From the NCBI RefSeq assembly GCF_024521635.1, contig NW_026250417.1, positions 806,001-870,000 of the forward strand: a DNA stretch of 64,000 nucleotides. The letters are read 5' to 3'. A program made the translations under genes and the position numbers. The notes under the pieces are model-generated. The model was not told where the DNA came from. It did not search any database and saw only the letters and a list, made by a program, of their open reading frames with translations. Of the stretch, positions 62,921 to 64,000 are shown in pieces. Positions within the stretch are counted from its first letter, which is position 1. The number at the start of each line of letters is the position of its first letter. Source of the DNA: Tricharina praecox. Taxonomy: Eukaryota.

Positions 62921-63560
62921 CAGCTGTCGGCGAGAGGAAACGGATGTAGTTAGTGTAGATGGTCAAGGCAGCCAGCGGGGAGGGAGCGAACTTGAGTGGC
63001 CTCTCTCGCTCTCTCTCTGTCTCTCATCATCATCTACAGAATAGACCATCAACCTCTACCTCCTCTTTCTCCCTGTGGGTTCTCCTTTTCTCGACCGCTT
63101 TCCAGCCTGGGGAGGCATTGGCGAAAGAGCCCTCGCAAAAGTGGAACCAGCACAGAGCTACCTAGTCCATTCATCAGATACGGGCTCGAATTCGGATGGC
63201 TATGCCCCCACGATCGGTCCAGTTCAGTTTCGACTGAAAAATGAAGTTACTGAACCAGTATGCACCAAATTTAAGCAGTTGCGGCGATCTCGTCGGGCGT
63301 CTAGTCTGGTCTTCCGCCTCGACTGCGTTCAAGCTCCATTCTGTAGGTGATGGTTGTCGTCTTACATGCCCGATGCCGCTGAACCAACGCTCGAACGCAG
63401 GAACAGCCACAGTGCCAAGTGTACACGATCCTCGGACCTCAAGGAAGAAGCCTGCCCCCTCTACCCCTTCTACTCCTAAGATTCAAGATCGACCCTTCCG
63501 TAGTTTCAACTTCAGAGACGACGCGGCGGCCCGTCTTGCGCGGTGAGCCCTGGGGTGGCC
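62921..63560 (+). repeat. Dispersed degenerate repeat, copy B (related to 50665-51500)
   Basis: Shares AGCTGTCGGCGAGAG, ATGT(A/G)GTTAGT and the TAGACCATCAACCTCTA core, then AAAGAGCC...GCAAAA, in the same order and orientation as copy A. Confidence 0.7.
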
Positions 63561-64000
63561 TTATGGTATTCATGTAAGCCACGGAAAACACCCTCAACTT
63601 CGCAACTTCACCACAGCGTCTCGGCCTCGCAACCGGCCAAAACGGTGACCGAGTTCTACCGTATTGAAACCCCCTCTCCGACTCCGAGCTCTTGACTCTT
63701 CGCGCGCGATATATCCTCCACAACCTCCCGGCACAGGCACGACTTAGCCGTCCTCCCCGCACCTCCCCGCTGCGGCGATGTGACGGCAACAAAACCGTCG
63801 GCCCTAGCTACCAGTGGTCTATGCCCGCCGCACGCCGCCGCACTCGGAAGGTTCTCTAAAGGAAGCTTCAACGTCATCGTTACGTTGCGTTCATTTTGAG
63901 GTAAAGTTACAGAGTTATAGTTTTCACAAAGTTACCGTTTCACAAAGTCCAGAAGTTTCGATCCGACGCTGAGATTTAACTCGAGAAAACGTATGCCTAA

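Overview
This window is eukaryotic DNA from a filamentous ascomycete (GT-AG introns with CTRAC/CTAAC-type branch sites); Pezizomycetes is a guess only. The six-frame track is mostly noise because the real genes are spliced. I reconstructed 19 protein-coding loci by eye. From about 3.6 to 36.2 kb lies a conserved core block: a Zn2Cys6 transcription factor, HRI1-like, an intracellular LysM protein, the MAPKK PBS2, a TFC7-like histidine phosphatase, LEU2, APC10, NAA25/MDM20, ILM1-like, PXR1, UBX5-like and a GCK-III Ste20 kinase. From about 36.9 to 64 kb lies a sparser, accessory-looking region: transposon relics, a small secreted Cys-containing ORF interrupted by an in-frame TAA, a DUF1445 protein, a multi-pass membrane protein, a large hypothetical protein, a 16-exon amino-acid permease with 9-nt and 13-nt micro-exons, and an RTA1 protein. 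Non-coding structure includes a complete TA-flanked MITE-like element (8442-9226) with a decayed partial second copy at about 36.9 kb, a second dispersed repeat family (about 50.7 kb and 62.9 kb), and a perfect 25-copy 9-bp minisatellite. I saw no rRNA, tRNA or CRISPR array. I cannot support a wholly new multi-gene system; the best leads are the stop-interrupted secreted protein, the MITE family and the splicing oddities. All family assignments come from motif recognition, not database searches.
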